DNA of 64,000 bases from an uncultured bacterium (GTDB lineage Bacteria > Bacteroidota > Rhodothermia > Balneolales > DATFMH01), in contig CAWANF010000015.1 of NCBI GenBank assembly GCA_963783355.1, positions 86,021-150,020 of the forward strand, read 5' to 3'. A program made the translations under genes and the position numbers. Shown in pieces: positions 32,077 to 43,765 of the stretch. How positions within the stretch are numbered: the first letter of the stretch is position 1; every line of letters begins with the position of its first letter. Below the pieces are notes generated by a model that saw only the letters and a list, made by a program, of their open reading frames with translations, ran no database searches and was not told where the DNA came from.

Positions 32077-32107
32077 AAAAAAAGGCGTGAATAAATACTC
32101 ACGCCTT
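32077..32107 (-). terminator. Intrinsic terminator after carboxylase gene
   Basis: AAAAAAAGGCGTGA-ataaatac-TCACGCCTT. Confidence 0.75.
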
Positions 32108-32129
32108 CAAATAAAATTCACTGTTTAAC

Positions 32130-33677
32130 TTATAATGGTAAATTATCGTGCTTTTTACGGGGAACACTGTCCACTTTATTTTTAATCAGTTCGAAAGCAG
32201 ATATTAGTTTTTCCCTGGTTTCAGATGGCAGGATAACATCATCGATATACCCTCGTTCAGCTGCCCTGTAGGGATTGGCAAAAGCTTTTTCATACGAATC
32301 TTCCAGCTCTTTTTGCTTTGATTCTTTATCATCGGCTGCCGCAATATCTCTTTTAAAGATGATTTCAACGGCACCTTTCACCCCCATCACTGCGATCTCA
32401 GCTGTTGGCCACGCCACATTATAATCAGCTCGTATGTGCTTCGAATTCATCACATCATAAGCCCCGCCATAGGCTTTGCGTGTGATAACTGTCATTTTCG
32501 GCACCGTAGCTTCGCAAAATGCATATAGCAGTTTTGCACCATGTTTGATGATACCACCCCATTCCTGATCGGTTCCGGGAAGAAAACCCGGCACATCTTC
32601 AAAGACAAGAAGAGGAATGTTGAAGGCATCACAAAAGCGTACAAAACGTGCTCCTTTTATGGAAGCATCAATATCCAGGCATCCGGCAAGCGATAAGGGT
32701 TGATTGGCAACCACACCGATGCTTTTTCCGCCCAAACGGGCAAACCCGACGAGAAGATTATCCGCATAGTTTTCGTGAACTTCCATGAAAGTATCGTTGT
32801 CTACAATTCCTGATATGACATCATGCATGTCATAGGGTTTATTTGGATTATCCGGAACCATGGCGTCGAGCAATGCCACTTTGGACGGATCGGGCTCAGT
32901 CGAATCCGTAACCGGAGCTTTTTCCTCACAGTTCATCGGCAGATAAGACATTAACTGCCGAATATCCATCAGGCATTGGGCGTCATTTTCGCAGGCAAAA
33001 TGGCTGACACCGGATTTAGAACTATGGGCCATGGCTCCACCTAATTCTTCAGAAGTCACTTCTTCATGCGTCACGGTCTTAACCACATTCGGACCGGTAA
33101 CAAACATGAAACTTGTCCCCTTGACCATAAATGTAAAATCGGTAATGGCCGGACTATACACAGCACCACCGGCACAAGGGCCCATGATTGCTGAAATTTG
33201 CGGTATGACCCCGGAAGCCATTGAATTACGCCAGAATACTTCGGCATATCCTCCAAGTGACGCCACCCCTTCCTGGATGCGGGCACCACCGGAATCATTC
33301 AAACCGATAATCGGCACACCATTTTTCATCGCCAGATCCATTATTTTAACAATTTTCTCGGCATGTGACTCCGATAATGATCCACCAAAAACCGTAAAAT
33401 CCTGGCTAAAAACATACACCGGTCGATCGTCAATTTTACCAAAACCTGTTACGACGCCGTCCCCGAGATATCGTTGCTTATCCAGGCCAAAATCTTTGGA
33501 GCGGTGTTTAACAAAAGCTCCAATTTCCTGGAAAGACCCCTTATCAAGCAGCAATTCAATTCGTTCTCTTGCTGTTAGTTTGCCTGATTTATGCTGGCGC
33601 TCAATTCTATCAAGGCCACCGCCCAACTTTGATTTTTCCTTAAGTTGAGCAAGTTCTTCAATTCGTTCGTTGGACAT
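32130..33677 (-). CDS. pccB: Acyl-CoA (propionyl/methylmalonyl-CoA) carboxyltransferase beta subunit
   Basis: [45 protein letters not shown]. Confidence 0.92.
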   Translation of the reverse strand: MSNERIEELAQLKEKSKLGGGLDRIERQHKSGKLTARERIELLLDKGSFQEIGAFVKHRSKDFGLDKQRYLGDGVVTGFGKIDDRPVYVFSQDFTVFGGSLSESHAEKIVKIMDLAMKNGVPIIGLNDSGGARIQEGVASLGGYAEVFWRNSMASGVIPQISAIMGPCAGGAVYSPAITDFTFMVKGTSFMFVTGPNVVKTVTHEEVTSEELGGAMAHSSKSGVSHFACENDAQCLMDIRQLMSYLPMNCEEKAPVTDSTEPDPSKVALLDAMVPDNPNKPYDMHDVISGIVDNDTFMEVHENYADNLLVGFARLGGKSIGVVANQPLSLAGCLDIDASIKGARFVRFCDAFNIPLLVFEDVPGFLPGTDQEWGGIIKHGAKLLYAFCEATVPKMTVITRKAYGGAYDVMNSKHIRADYNVAWPTAEIAVMGVKGAVEIIFKRDIAAADDKESKQKELEDSYEKAFANPYRAAERGYIDDVILPSETREKLISAFELIKNKVDSVPRKKHDNLPL

Positions 33678-33695
33678 GCTCTTATAGTTTCGTTC

Positions 33696-35357
33696 TTATT
33701 TTTTTTCAATAAAATACGTTTGAAGCCTGTCGGTAAAGTCAATCGCTGATTCCGAATAAATATTTATCATATTTCTCCTGAATATTTCTGAAGAAATATA
33801 CTTACTGGCTTTACTCCAGGATTCAAACTCAGCAATCATTTTTAATGCTTCTGTAAAACTGTTATTATCGCCCCCGAATATTTCATCCGTAAAACGATTC
33901 TCTTGATCTTCAACATAATGATAAAGTAAATCAAACGGATCAGACTCTTCACTTTTTTCCTGATCATTAACTAAATCTATGATTGGCTTTTCATTATACT
34001 CATCCGGCTCATTTTCCTCAGCCAGTTGTTGTGCCAGGGATTTTTTAGTTTGAGATAACTCCCGGCCATCGTCCGAATGATCATATTTTTTCAGAATATT
34101 ATCATCTTCTGAACTGGCTACTGCAAATCGTTTCCATATTGGAACAGCATCCTCCGATTCTTCCGGAACGTCTATGTCCGGTTCGGATTCTTCGGCAGCC
34201 TCTGTTGGAGTGGTAACTTCTGATTTTTCTTCTTCAATCTCTGCTGCTGTTTCCTGTTTATTTTCTCCAGAAACAACCTCCGATTCCTCCGATTCTTCTT
34301 CTTTCACTTCCGGAGCGTCTTTTGCTTCCGTTTCCTGCTGCACTTCCTCAGCCTTTTCTTCCTCAGCCTCTTTTTGTAATTCCGATTCTTCTGAGGCAAA
34401 AAATCTATCTGCGGATAATTCCCCAATTTTTGAATTTATTTCCGATTCCTCCTGAAGAGCCTGCTGCGCCTGTAAAAATGCCTCTGCCAGATTATTTTCT
34501 TTCTTATTGAATCGCTCTACCAGTGGTTTTTGTTTAACATCTTCCTCATTAAATGATTCAGCCAACGATTTTTCTTCCGATGCATTTGAAATATCCTCAA
34601 CGGTTTCCACTGGCTCCTCCGGTTCTTCATTATAATAATTCGCATCGGGGGCAGATAAGATTTCAATAAATCTCGACCGGGTTACCAGTTCACTTTCCCT
34701 GTCAAATCGATTCGCCCAATTCGTTTTTTCTTTATCCTCAAAAAAGCATCGAATCAGATCGGGATCTACTTTATTATCTGTCATAATAAATAGAGGATCC
34801 AGATGTTGAGCCCAATTCAAAGGTGAGAAATGTTCGGTTAGCCGGTCATCAATGCGTGCCACGACCTGATTTGCACGTTCCCTGCTAATGGTATCTAATT
34901 CTTTTTTTTGCATGAAACGAAGTATGGCCTGTGCTAAATGAGAAAATACAACAATGCCCTGAGCTCGTTGCACTATCTCCTGGCGGAAAAGATCAGCGCG
35001 TTCTCCAAAGAGGAGTTCAGTAATATAGGTACGTGGTTCAGACAGCACCGATATGATATCGTCGATACAATTCTCGAACACGGATCCCCCATAACTCATG
35101 GGTAACCTGACATTCTCCGCAATTTCTTCAAGAAAAACATTCCATTGTGCTTCTATTTGCTCATCCTTCATATCAGCCCAATCGGTTTCAGGAATAATCA
35201 GGGACTGAATCAGGTTATTCTTAAGCTCGAAACGAACTCTCTCAACTACAAAATCCGGAATTCCATAACGGGCTAATTCTTCCGGAAACAGGTATTCCTC
35301 ATGTTCGGGTAACCTGCTGACATATTTGTTTGTTATTTCTTTAACGACATTATGCAT
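33696..35357 (-). CDS. Hypothetical protein with long acidic disordered linker
   Basis: 553-aa ORF with helical N- and C-terminal regions and an E-rich centre. Confidence 0.8.
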   Translation of the reverse strand: MHNVVKEITNKYVSRLPEHEEYLFPEELARYGIPDFVVERVRFELKNNLIQSLIIPETDWADMKDEQIEAQWNVFLEEIAENVRLPMSYGGSVFENCIDDIISVLSEPRTYITELLFGERADLFRQEIVQRAQGIVVFSHLAQAILRFMQKKELDTISRERANQVVARIDDRLTEHFSPLNWAQHLDPLFIMTDNKVDPDLIRCFFEDKEKTNWANRFDRESELVTRSRFIEILSAPDANYYNEEPEEPVETVEDISNASEEKSLAESFNEEDVKQKPLVERFNKKENNLAEAFLQAQQALQEESEINSKIGELSADRFFASEESELQKEAEEEKAEEVQQETEAKDAPEVKEEESEESEVVSGENKQETAAEIEEEKSEVTTPTEAAEESEPDIDVPEESEDAVPIWKRFAVASSEDDNILKKYDHSDDGRELSQTKKSLAQQLAEENEPDEYNEKPIIDLVNDQEKSEESDPFDLLYHYVEDQENRFTDEIFGGDNNSFTEALKMIAEFESWSKASKYISSEIFRRNMINIYSESAIDFTDRLQTYFIEKK

Positions 35358-35440
35358 AATTCAACTTTTTTGAAGAATATAGAACGACATTTGTGTCAAT
35401 ACAACCTTTTGATTGGTGATTTGCTTAACACTCATTACTT

Positions 35441-36082
35441 TTGGGCATGCTAAAACTTACGGTTAATAATTTATCTAAGAGATTCGGACAAAGAAACATC
35501 TTTAGCAAAGTATCTTTTGAACTTTCTGAAGGAGTCTTCGGAATCGCCGGCCCCAACGGATCCGGGAAAAGCACATTATTAAAATGTTTGAGCCGACTAT
35601 TACGGCCAACAAAAGGTTCAATCCAGTGGATTCGTAACAATAACGAAATACTCCCTTTGTTATTGAAAGATTATCTCGGTTATGCAGCACCATATGTAAA
35701 TCATTACCCCGAATTAACTTGCCGGGAGAATTTGAAATTTATCTGCAATCTCCGAAGCATCGATTCTTCCGAAAAACGCATCGAAGAAATCCTAAAATTC
35801 GTTGGAATCGCTCATAAAACTGATGAATTATTCGGAAACCTATCCTCGGGGCAGCAACAAAGAATCAAACTTGCCGGTGCCATCATACATTCCCCGGAAA
35901 TTTTAATGCTCGATGAACCCGGAACTAACCTCGACCGTAAAGGCCACGAATTAATTGAACAAATTTCGCAACTTTGGTCCGCTAAAAAAAAATTATTAAT
36001 TATCGCTACGAATGACCCGCAGGAACTCGAATTATGCGACAAAATCATTCACATTGATAATTTCTCTGAACAAAAATATTAG
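35441..36082 (+). CDS. ABC transporter ATP-binding protein (CcmA-like)
   Basis: GPNGSGKST, LSSGQQQR, LMLDEP. Confidence 0.88.
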   Translation: MGMLKLTVNNLSKRFGQRNIFSKVSFELSEGVFGIAGPNGSGKSTLLKCLSRLLRPTKGSIQWIRNNNEILPLLLKDYLGYAAPYVNHYPELTCRENLKFICNLRSIDSSEKRIEEILKFVGIAHKTDELFGNLSSGQQQRIKLAGAIIHSPEILMLDEPGTNLDRKGHELIEQISQLWSAKKKLLIIATNDPQELELCDKIIHIDNFSEQKY

Positions 36083-36106
36083 AACATCGGTTAATATTAT
36101 AATCTG

Positions 36107-37246
36107 ATGTCTGCTATACAACTTACTAAATATGCAAAATCTATGAATTACAGTTTAAACGATTATCACCTTGCCGAAAAAATTCTTTCATTCAGTGTCG
36201 GTTTACAAAAAGATGAAAATGTGATGATCCATCTCATCGGTCTGAATGGAATCGGTCTTGCAAGAGCATTAGCTGAAATTGCCCGAAAAATGGAAGCGAA
36301 ACCATTTGTACATATCAATGATACCGAAATAGATAGAATATTATTAGAAACCGGCAATCTTGATTTTTGGAAGTATCTGGCAGAACAAGATCAATTGCCA
36401 TTAATGAAAAAGATGGATGCCTATGTCGGAATTCGGGCAACTGAAAATATTTATGAGGCATCATCTGTCAGCAAAGAATCCAACCAAGCATATGCCGAAG
36501 AATATTTAAAACCGGTCCATTTTGAAGAACGCGTCAAACATACCAAATGGTGCATCATGCGCTATCCGTCACCGGCTTTCGCCATGAATGCCAAAATGTC
36601 TACTACCCTTTTCAACGATTATTTTTACAAGGCCTGTCTACTCGATTACAGTAAACTTAAGGAGGCAATGAAACCTTTGGAAGCACGTCTCAGAAAGGCA
36701 AAAATGGTTCATTTGAAAGGTGAGGGAACAGATATTGAATTATCCATAGAAGGGCAAAACTGGGTCCCTTGTTATGGAACACATAATATCCCCGATGGTG
36801 AAATATTTTCATCGCCGGTATTGGAATCCGTTAATGGCCAGATAAGCTATGCTGCTTCTGTTTACCAGGGAAAACCTTTTGAATTCGTGAAATTGGTGGT
36901 TAAAGACGGAACGGTTATAGATTTTGATTCTTCCAATAACAGCGCCCTGGAAAATATCCTGGATACCGATGAAGGTGCCCGACGTTTTGGCGAATTCAGT
37001 TTCGGTACAAATCCGATTATTGAAAAACCAATGTACGATATCCTGTTTGATGAAAAAATTTACGGTTCCAACCATCTTACACTCGGACAAGACTACGATG
37101 ATGCTCCAAACGGCAATAAAAGTAATATTCATTGGGATTTGGTATGTATTGGAGCAGATGTTTACCTCGACGGGGAATTGATCAGGAAAGGCCGTTATTA
37201 TATCCCTGATGATTTAAAAGTACTTAATCCGGATTCTTTATTGTAA
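36107..37246 (+). CDS. Aminopeptidase, M29 (AmpS/AmpT) family
   Basis: NIPDGEIFSSP, TDEGARRFGEF, ILFDEKI, SNIHWDLV. Confidence 0.92.
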   Translation: MSAIQLTKYAKSMNYSLNDYHLAEKILSFSVGLQKDENVMIHLIGLNGIGLARALAEIARKMEAKPFVHINDTEIDRILLETGNLDFWKYLAEQDQLPLMKKMDAYVGIRATENIYEASSVSKESNQAYAEEYLKPVHFEERVKHTKWCIMRYPSPAFAMNAKMSTTLFNDYFYKACLLDYSKLKEAMKPLEARLRKAKMVHLKGEGTDIELSIEGQNWVPCYGTHNIPDGEIFSSPVLESVNGQISYAASVYQGKPFEFVKLVVKDGTVIDFDSSNNSALENILDTDEGARRFGEFSFGTNPIIEKPMYDILFDEKIYGSNHLTLGQDYDDAPNGNKSNIHWDLVCIGADVYLDGELIRKGRYYIPDDLKVLNPDSLL

Positions 37247-37365
37247 ACCTTCAGGGAAGGGAGCCGTGCCAGCAAATCAACCGGCACGGCTATGGTGTTT
37301 GGGGTATGGGTAAGATCCTTGGGTGAGATCTTATGGGTAAAGCATGGGTATTTATTTGGTAAAAT

Positions 37366-37800
37366 TCATGCGACCAGCCTTTCTTCCATGCTGGTACTTT
37401 TTATTTCATAACTCATCAAACGTGTTCCGAGTTCTGAATAAATATGTTTCACAAAATTCTTATAAGCGTCCAGGCTTTTAACATGACTCTTTAAAATAGA
37501 AGGAGTCATATCTAAATGTTTTTTTACAAAGTAGCATAAGCTGTTATCGTCACCGAGGCCAACATCTAAAGCTACGGCATAATATATTTTGTCAGGGTTA
37601 TAGTGTAGTTCTTCAACTATTTTTATCAGACGTACCTTTCTCAAAATTTGTTCAGGAGTCATACCGTAAAAATCTCTCGTCTGTCGCAGAAAATAAGATT
37701 TAGAATAGCCAGCTGAATGAGCCCAATCTTCAACTGTCTTAATCTTATCAATATTACGGATCAGATGAATTATGACATTTTTTACAGGTACTTTACTCAT
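37366..37800 (-). CDS. Short AraC-type HTH regulator (DNA-binding domain only)
   Basis: VEDWAHSAGYSKSYF...YGMTP...VALDVGLGDDNSLCYFVKKHLDMTPS. Confidence 0.75.
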   Translation of the reverse strand: MSKVPVKNVIIHLIRNIDKIKTVEDWAHSAGYSKSYFLRQTRDFYGMTPEQILRKVRLIKIVEELHYNPDKIYYAVALDVGLGDDNSLCYFVKKHLDMTPSILKSHVKSLDAYKNFVKHIYSELGTRLMSYEIKSTSMEERLVA

Positions 37801-38027
37801 TTTTTATCCTCGTGAAATTGGCTCAAATCTTGCGCATTTGATCGGCCAAAACATGATTGCTAATAAATACTACTTCCCAAAAATCTGTATTCTATATTAT
37901 TCCCTAACTTTTACTACAAGAGAGCAGGTAATCCCATTTGTTACATTTTTTTTAAGATTTAGAGAAGAAAAACGCAGCCCGCACCTTTATATAAAATCGT
38001 AAACGATTATTATTTTTGCCTTTAAAC

Positions 38028-38061
38028 AAAAAAAGGATTCCCATTTTTTAGGAATCCTTTT
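38028..38061 (-). terminator. Terminator after clpB
   Basis: AAAAAAAGGATTCC...GGAATCCTTTTT. Confidence 0.8.
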
Positions 38062-38079
38062 AATTTTACTGAATTGGAA

Positions 38080-40713
38080 TCATTTTGCCCACGATTTCAC
38101 ATCCTGATACACTTCCGGAAATTCAAGATGTTCACCATCGCCTGATACTTTGGCTTCAAATTCGGTCGGCCCTTCGCTTTCTTGAGACAACAAGAGCTTT
38201 GCAAGTTTATTTACGACCTCTGTCTGTATGAGTCGTTTTAGCGGCCGTGCTCCATAAACCGGATCATATCCTCGTGCAGCCAGCCAATCTTTAACATCAT
38301 CACTAACAATTAATGTTATTTGATTTTTTACCAACAACTTATGTACGTGTTGCAGCCGAATATCAACAATAGAACGCAGGTCGGCTTTTCCAAGCGGATG
38401 GAATACAATCACATCATCAACACGATTCAGAAACTCGGGACGAATCGTTTGTTTTAATAAATCCATTAGCTTATTTCTCAGTATATCATATTCATCTTCC
38501 GAAAATGTCCCGCCGGTTTCCTGAATCTTATTTTGAATAAGATGGGAACCAATATTACTCGTCATAATAATGATGGTATTCTTGAAATCTACGGTAACGC
38601 CCTTATTATCTGTTAATCTTCCATCATCGAGCACCTGCAGGAGGATATTAAACACATCAGGATGTGCTTTTTCTATCTCATCCAGCAATACAACCGAATA
38701 TGGACGCCGGCGCACAGCCTCTGTTAATTGACCCCCTTCTTCATATCCGACGTAACCCGGAGGCGCTCCAACGAGCCTGCTCACACTATGACGTTCCATA
38801 TACTCACTCATATCAATTCGGACCATCGCATTTTCATCATTAAACAAGTATTCCGCCAGGGACCGGGCCAGCTCGGTTTTCCCGACACCAGTCGATCCCA
38901 GGAATATAAATGAGCCGATTGGGCGCCCGATGTCCTGCAAGCCTGCACGTGAACGGCGAACGGCATTCGAAACAGCTTCAATGGCCTGTTCCTGTCCGAT
39001 AACTCTTTTATGAAGTTCTTCTTCCATTAAAAGAAGTTTCTGACGCTCACTTTGCAGCATTTTCTTAACCGGGATGCCCGTCCATCTTGAAACAATATCA
39101 GCAATGTCCTCATCTTCCACTTCTTCTTTCAACATAGCTCGGTTTTTCTGAACCTCGGCCAGTTTTTGATTCGCTTCTACCAGATCACTTTCCAGTTTTT
39201 TGATGGTTCCGTAGCGTAATTCGGCAACGCGTTCATATTCGCTATTTCGTTCCGCTTTATCCGCTTCCTGTTTTGCAGCTTCAATAGCCTGTTTCATTCC
39301 CCGAATATTTTGAATCAGATCTTTCTCAGTCTTCCAGTGCGTTTTAAGCATATCTCGCTGTTCTTCGAGATCGGCAATTTCCCTGGAAATACTTTCGATT
39401 TTGACCTTGTCATTTTCACGTTTTAAAGCCTGACGCTCAATCTCTAACTGACGAATCTGACGATCGATGTTATCCAACTCCTCGGGCATCGAGTCGATTT
39501 CCAGCCGTAATTTTGAAGCAGCTTCATCAATCAAATCAATGGCCTTATCCGGGAGGAAACGGCCGGCAATATAACGATGAGATAGTTCAGCTGCTGCCAC
39601 GATAGCGGAATCTGTAATCCGAACCCCATGATGCAGTTCATAACGCTCTTTTAGTCCGCGCAAAATAGATACAGTGTCTTCTACCGATGGTTCCCCAACG
39701 AATACGGTCTGCAACCGGCGTTCCAGGGCTTTATCCTTTTCGATAAATTTTCTATACTCGGCCAATGTAGTGGCACCAATAGCTTTCAATTCACCCCTTG
39801 CCAGGCTCGGTTTCAAAATATTGGCGGCATCCATGGCTCCCTCAGTAGCTCCGGCACCTACCAGTGTATGGATTTCATCGATAAACAGAATAATTTCGCC
39901 ATCGGAGTCGCTGACTTCCTTCACAACGGCTTTTAAACGATCCTCAAATTCACCTCTGAATTTTGTGCCGGCAATAAGCGCACCCATATCCAAAGCGACA
40001 ACGCGTTTGGTTTTCAAACCTTCGGGAACATCTCCTTTTACGATTCGGAGAGCCAAACCTTCGGCAATGGCCGTTTTACCAACACCCGGTTCGCCGATAA
40101 GTACAGGATTATTTTTCGTCCTGCGGGTTAATATCTGCATGACCCGGCGGATTTCGTGGTCACGTCCAATTACCGGATCCAGTTTATTTTTTTCTGCAAG
40201 TTCATTCAAATCACGTGCAAAACGTTTTAATGCCTGGTAACGGCTTTCCGCATTTGGATCATCCACTTTTTGTGAACCGCGAACATCCTGTAAAATTTTA
40301 AGGACATTTTCACGATTGACTCCGGATTGACGTAATAGCTTTCCGATGTCACTCTTACTATCAATCATTCCAATAAGTATGTGCTCGGAACTGATGTACT
40401 CATCACCCAGTTCACTTGCTGATTTCTGGGCATTATCAAAAATCTCTTTGGAATCGTTCGACAGGTACTGACCTGATACCGACGCACCTTTCACTACCGG
40501 CAACTGAGCTATTTGCTTATCTAATTCTGCCGTTAAACTTTGAACCTGTACTCCCAGTTTCTTCAAAACGGTTAAAACGATGCTATCGGGATCAGATATC
40601 ATGATCTTCAACAAATGAGATGGCTCCAATGCCTGATGATTTCGGTTGGATGCCATATCCAAAGCACTCTGGATAGATTCCTGAGCTTTTAGTGTAAACT
40701 TATTAAAATTCAT
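38080..40713 (-). CDS. clpB: ATP-dependent chaperone ClpB
   Basis: Two AAA+ modules ([16 protein letters not shown]), coiled-coil middle domain, GYVGYEEGG. Confidence 0.97.
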   Translation of the reverse strand: MNFNKFTLKAQESIQSALDMASNRNHQALEPSHLLKIMISDPDSIVLTVLKKLGVQVQSLTAELDKQIAQLPVVKGASVSGQYLSNDSKEIFDNAQKSASELGDEYISSEHILIGMIDSKSDIGKLLRQSGVNRENVLKILQDVRGSQKVDDPNAESRYQALKRFARDLNELAEKNKLDPVIGRDHEIRRVMQILTRRTKNNPVLIGEPGVGKTAIAEGLALRIVKGDVPEGLKTKRVVALDMGALIAGTKFRGEFEDRLKAVVKEVSDSDGEIILFIDEIHTLVGAGATEGAMDAANILKPSLARGELKAIGATTLAEYRKFIEKDKALERRLQTVFVGEPSVEDTVSILRGLKERYELHHGVRITDSAIVAAAELSHRYIAGRFLPDKAIDLIDEAASKLRLEIDSMPEELDNIDRQIRQLEIERQALKRENDKVKIESISREIADLEEQRDMLKTHWKTEKDLIQNIRGMKQAIEAAKQEADKAERNSEYERVAELRYGTIKKLESDLVEANQKLAEVQKNRAMLKEEVEDEDIADIVSRWTGIPVKKMLQSERQKLLLMEEELHKRVIGQEQAIEAVSNAVRRSRAGLQDIGRPIGSFIFLGSTGVGKTELARSLAEYLFNDENAMVRIDMSEYMERHSVSRLVGAPPGYVGYEEGGQLTEAVRRRPYSVVLLDEIEKAHPDVFNILLQVLDDGRLTDNKGVTVDFKNTIIIMTSNIGSHLIQNKIQETGGTFSEDEYDILRNKLMDLLKQTIRPEFLNRVDDVIVFHPLGKADLRSIVDIRLQHVHKLLVKNQITLIVSDDVKDWLAARGYDPVYGARPLKRLIQTEVVNKLAKLLLSQESEGPTEFEAKVSGDGEHLEFPEVYQDVKSWAK

Positions 40714-40758
40714 AATTTATTCTGATTTATATATTCGTTTTATCTGGAAAGATTAAAG

Positions 40759-40773
40759 GCATATATCATACCA
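40759..40773 (-). promoter_or_regulatory. sigma54-type -24/-12 promoter of clpB
   Basis: Minus strand TGGTATGATATATGC (GG-N10-GC), 45 nt upstream of the ATG. Confidence 0.65.
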
Positions 40774-40835
40774 ATTTCTGAATACTGACTTTTTTTCATG
40801 ATTTTTGAAACGAAAGAATGCATGACCTGAAGATT

Positions 40836-41795
40836 TTATATATGATTTGTTTTTTGATGCTTAGCCAGTTTTTCAAATAATTCTTTTTCTTCGCTGCTCA
40901 GATGTGTCGGAAGTTTTACTTTTAACCTTACGAACAGATCGCCAAATTTATCACTCTTGAAAACGGGCATGCCCTGTCCTTTCAGACGCATGAGTTTATC
41001 GTTCTGACTACCGGCAGGAATCGTCAATTTAAGTGAACCGCTTAATGTTGGCACATGAATTTTACCACCGAGTACCATGGCATATAAATCAATGGTTTGA
41101 TTTACGTACAGGTTATCATCTTTTCGTTCAAAACGTGCATCGGGTATAATTTTCACGATAAGATATAAATCTCCCGAATTTCCGCCACCGGCTCCTGAGT
41201 AACCCTTACCCTTCAGTTTCAGTTTTTGACCATCACGGATTCCCCTTGGGATTTTAACACGCATTTGCTGCCCATTTAACTCGAAACTCCTTGTCGAACC
41301 GCTATACGCTTCCTGTAACGATATTTTTAATTCGGCTTCCACATCCTGCCCCGGACGCTGGGCATTCCACATACCACCGAATGGGGAACGTGCCGTTCTT
41401 TGAGCACCGCCCATTCGTCCGCCAAACAAGCCTTCAAAAAAATCGGAGAATCCCCGACCAAAAATATCCCCGATATCACCCTGAAACTGAGTGGATTGGT
41501 GAAATCCACCAGGTTGAGAAGTCCAGCGAGACCAGTCAAAGTCTTCAGCACGCCCACCTGATTGCTGGTATTGTTTCCAATTGGAACCTACTTTGTCGTA
41601 CAGACTTCTTTTTTCCGAATCCTTCAGCACTTCATAGGCTTCCTGTACATCTTTAAACTTTTTCTCTGCTTCCGCATTATCAGGATTTACATCAGGATGT
41701 AGTTTTGAAGCCAATTTTCGGTATGCCTTTTTTATCTCGCTGGCATCTGCCTTTTTGCTAACACCCAAAATCTTGTAATAATCTTTATAATCCAT
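40836..41795 (-). CDS. cbpA: DnaJ class II co-chaperone (CbpA-like, no Zn finger)
   Basis: J domain with HPD, G/F-rich region, DnaJ C-terminal domain, no CxxCxGxG. Confidence 0.85.
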   Translation of the reverse strand: MDYKDYYKILGVSKKADASEIKKAYRKLASKLHPDVNPDNAEAEKKFKDVQEAYEVLKDSEKRSLYDKVGSNWKQYQQSGGRAEDFDWSRWTSQPGGFHQSTQFQGDIGDIFGRGFSDFFEGLFGGRMGGAQRTARSPFGGMWNAQRPGQDVEAELKISLQEAYSGSTRSFELNGQQMRVKIPRGIRDGQKLKLKGKGYSGAGGGNSGDLYLIVKIIPDARFERKDDNLYVNQTIDLYAMVLGGKIHVPTLSGSLKLTIPAGSQNDKLMRLKGQGMPVFKSDKFGDLFVRLKVKLPTHLSSEEKELFEKLAKHQKTNHI

Positions 41796-41911
41796 ATTCT
41801 GCCAGGTTTAACCACTCAAATAATTATAGTCACGTAACAATGTCACAATTTTCTTCAGAAATGTGACACTTTAATACTCAATGTCTTATCAATATGCTAC
41901 TATAATTCATA

Positions 41912-41926
41912 GCAAAATGCCTGCCA
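41912..41926 (-). promoter_or_regulatory. sigma54-type promoter of the DnaJ-like gene
   Basis: Minus strand TGGCAGGCATTTTGC, close to the TGGCAC-N5-TTGC consensus. Confidence 0.7.
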
Positions 41927-41961
41927 AAAAATAAATATTTAAAGAAAATTCAGATACTCAT

Positions 41962-41996
41962 AAAAAAAGGCCCCTGTCATTTTCGACAGGAGCCTT
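41962..41996 (-). terminator. Terminator after degP
   Basis: AAAAAAAGGCCCCTGTC-attttc-GACAGGAGCCTTT. Confidence 0.75.
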
Positions 41997-42019
41997 TAAT
42001 CATCCTAATTGCTCACTCA

Positions 42020-43513
42020 TTAATAAATTTTGAATGCCATAAAGAATGAATTGTTTTGTCTGGTAACGCGCAGCAATACAACACTTCCTTTGTGTATTCC
42101 CTTAATTGCATTATCAAAATCATCGACATTACGAACAGGTTTACGATTCACAGCATTGATTACATCGCCTTCCTGTAAACCGGATTGATAAGCCGAACCA
42201 TGATGATCGATATTGGTAACGACAACCCCTTCGGTATTATCTGGTATGCGATATTTTTGAGCGTTACTGTTTGTGATATTGCCAACTGAGAAATTAAGGA
42301 GATCCTGAGCGCTTTTACCGGAGGATGAACGGCCCATTTCAGTTCCTTTACTATTGAGTTCTCCCAGTTTTACCGTGTACTGTTTGTCTTTGCCATCTCT
42401 TAAAACGGTGACCGTAACTTCCGTTCCTGGTTTTGTGCTTGCGATTTGATTGCGAAGTTCATTAGCACTGTCCATTTCTTTACCATTCAGCTTGATGATA
42501 ATATCACCCTTTTTCAATCCGGCTTTAGCGGCAGGGCCACCTGGACTTACTGATTGAACCAGGGCACCTTTGTCGTCTTTAATGTCAAATGCCTGAGCCA
42601 TGAGATCATCCATCTGGCTGATCTCAACGCCCAGCTCACCCCGTTTAACTTTTCCATATTTAATTATGGAATCCATAACCCATTTGGCCATATTCACCGG
42701 AATGGCAAAACCAATACCCTGGTAACCACCCGATTCGGTAGCGATAGCTGAATTGATACCTACTAATTGACCGTATAGGTTTACTAATGGTCCTCCGGAA
42801 TTACCGGGGTTAATAGCAGCATCGGTTTGAATAAAATCCTCATAAGAAGCGAGATGTAAATTATCACGGCCTTTTGCACTCACGATACCCATCGTAACGG
42901 TATTATGCAGGCCTCTGTCGAGAGGGCTTCCTACGGCCATAACAATCTGACCAACTTTCAAATTATCACTGTTGCCAAAATGGATAACCGGCAGATTCTT
43001 GGCGTTTACTTTAACAACAGCTAAATCGGTTTCGGGGTCGGTCCCGATCACTTTTGCCGGCAATTCTTTACCGCCATAGATCCGAACCATAATAGAGTCG
43101 GCGTGACTAACAACGTGATTGTTCGTCAGGATATATCCGTCTTTGGAAACGATAATTCCTGATCCCATACCCTGTTCAACCTGAGGAGGTTGCTGCATTT
43201 GGAAACCATTACCAAAAAATTGTTGAAACGGACCCATATTCATAGGGACTTGTTTCCCTTTAATTTCTTTTCGCACAAAAATGGTAACTACAGTAGGATT
43301 TGTTGTTTTGGCAATCTTCGCAAGTGCGTCATCCAGATTTTTCAGTGTTTCAAATGATTTATCCTGTTTATTAATTATACCTTTTTGATAAGTGTGTGGA
43401 TAAACAAACATTGAGGCATTAGCGATATCCCCGTTTGTTGAAAACCGAAACACCAGGACAGCTAAAATAATAGTTGCAGCCGCATAAATTATTTTAGGAA
43501 AACGATTATTCAT
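42020..43513 (-). CDS. degP: HtrA/DegP serine protease with two PDZ domains
   Basis: TNNHVV, DLAVVK, QTDAAINPGNSGG, two PDZ domains. Confidence 0.93.
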   Translation of the reverse strand: MNNRFPKIIYAAATIILAVLVFRFSTNGDIANASMFVYPHTYQKGIINKQDKSFETLKNLDDALAKIAKTTNPTVVTIFVRKEIKGKQVPMNMGPFQQFFGNGFQMQQPPQVEQGMGSGIIVSKDGYILTNNHVVSHADSIMVRIYGGKELPAKVIGTDPETDLAVVKVNAKNLPVIHFGNSDNLKVGQIVMAVGSPLDRGLHNTVTMGIVSAKGRDNLHLASYEDFIQTDAAINPGNSGGPLVNLYGQLVGINSAIATESGGYQGIGFAIPVNMAKWVMDSIIKYGKVKRGELGVEISQMDDLMAQAFDIKDDKGALVQSVSPGGPAAKAGLKKGDIIIKLNGKEMDSANELRNQIASTKPGTEVTVTVLRDGKDKQYTVKLGELNSKGTEMGRSSSGKSAQDLLNFSVGNITNSNAQKYRIPDNTEGVVVTNIDHHGSAYQSGLQEGDVINAVNRKPVRNVDDFDNAIKGIHKGSVVLLRVTRQNNSFFMAFKIY

Positions 43514-43681
43514 TTCTAATCTCCTTTTATTCGCTCGTATCTTTTAAAGTTTAATATCAGCAAATCGTAACGTCAGTATTTTTGATTCATTTAATGAGTA
43601 AAAACACAAAACTTGTTAATTTATTGTATTTATTATCATATATAATCTTTTCATCCGGAATACGTTATTTAGGGTTTTCAT

Positions 43682-43718
43682 AAAAAAAGGGGATACAATT
43701 CCTTGTATCCCCTTTTTT
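43682..43718 (-). terminator. Terminator after hsp20
   Basis: AAAAAAAGGGGATACAA-ttcc-TTGTATCCCCTTTTTT. Confidence 0.85.
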
Positions 43719-43765
43719 CTTATCAACCATGGAGACTTTCTTAACTTAATAATATGGTCTCTCTT

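Noticed and set aside
37819-37833. sigma54-like TGGCTCAAATCTTGC on the plus strand
   Set aside because: Points away from the AraC-like gene with no credible downstream ORF; may be chance
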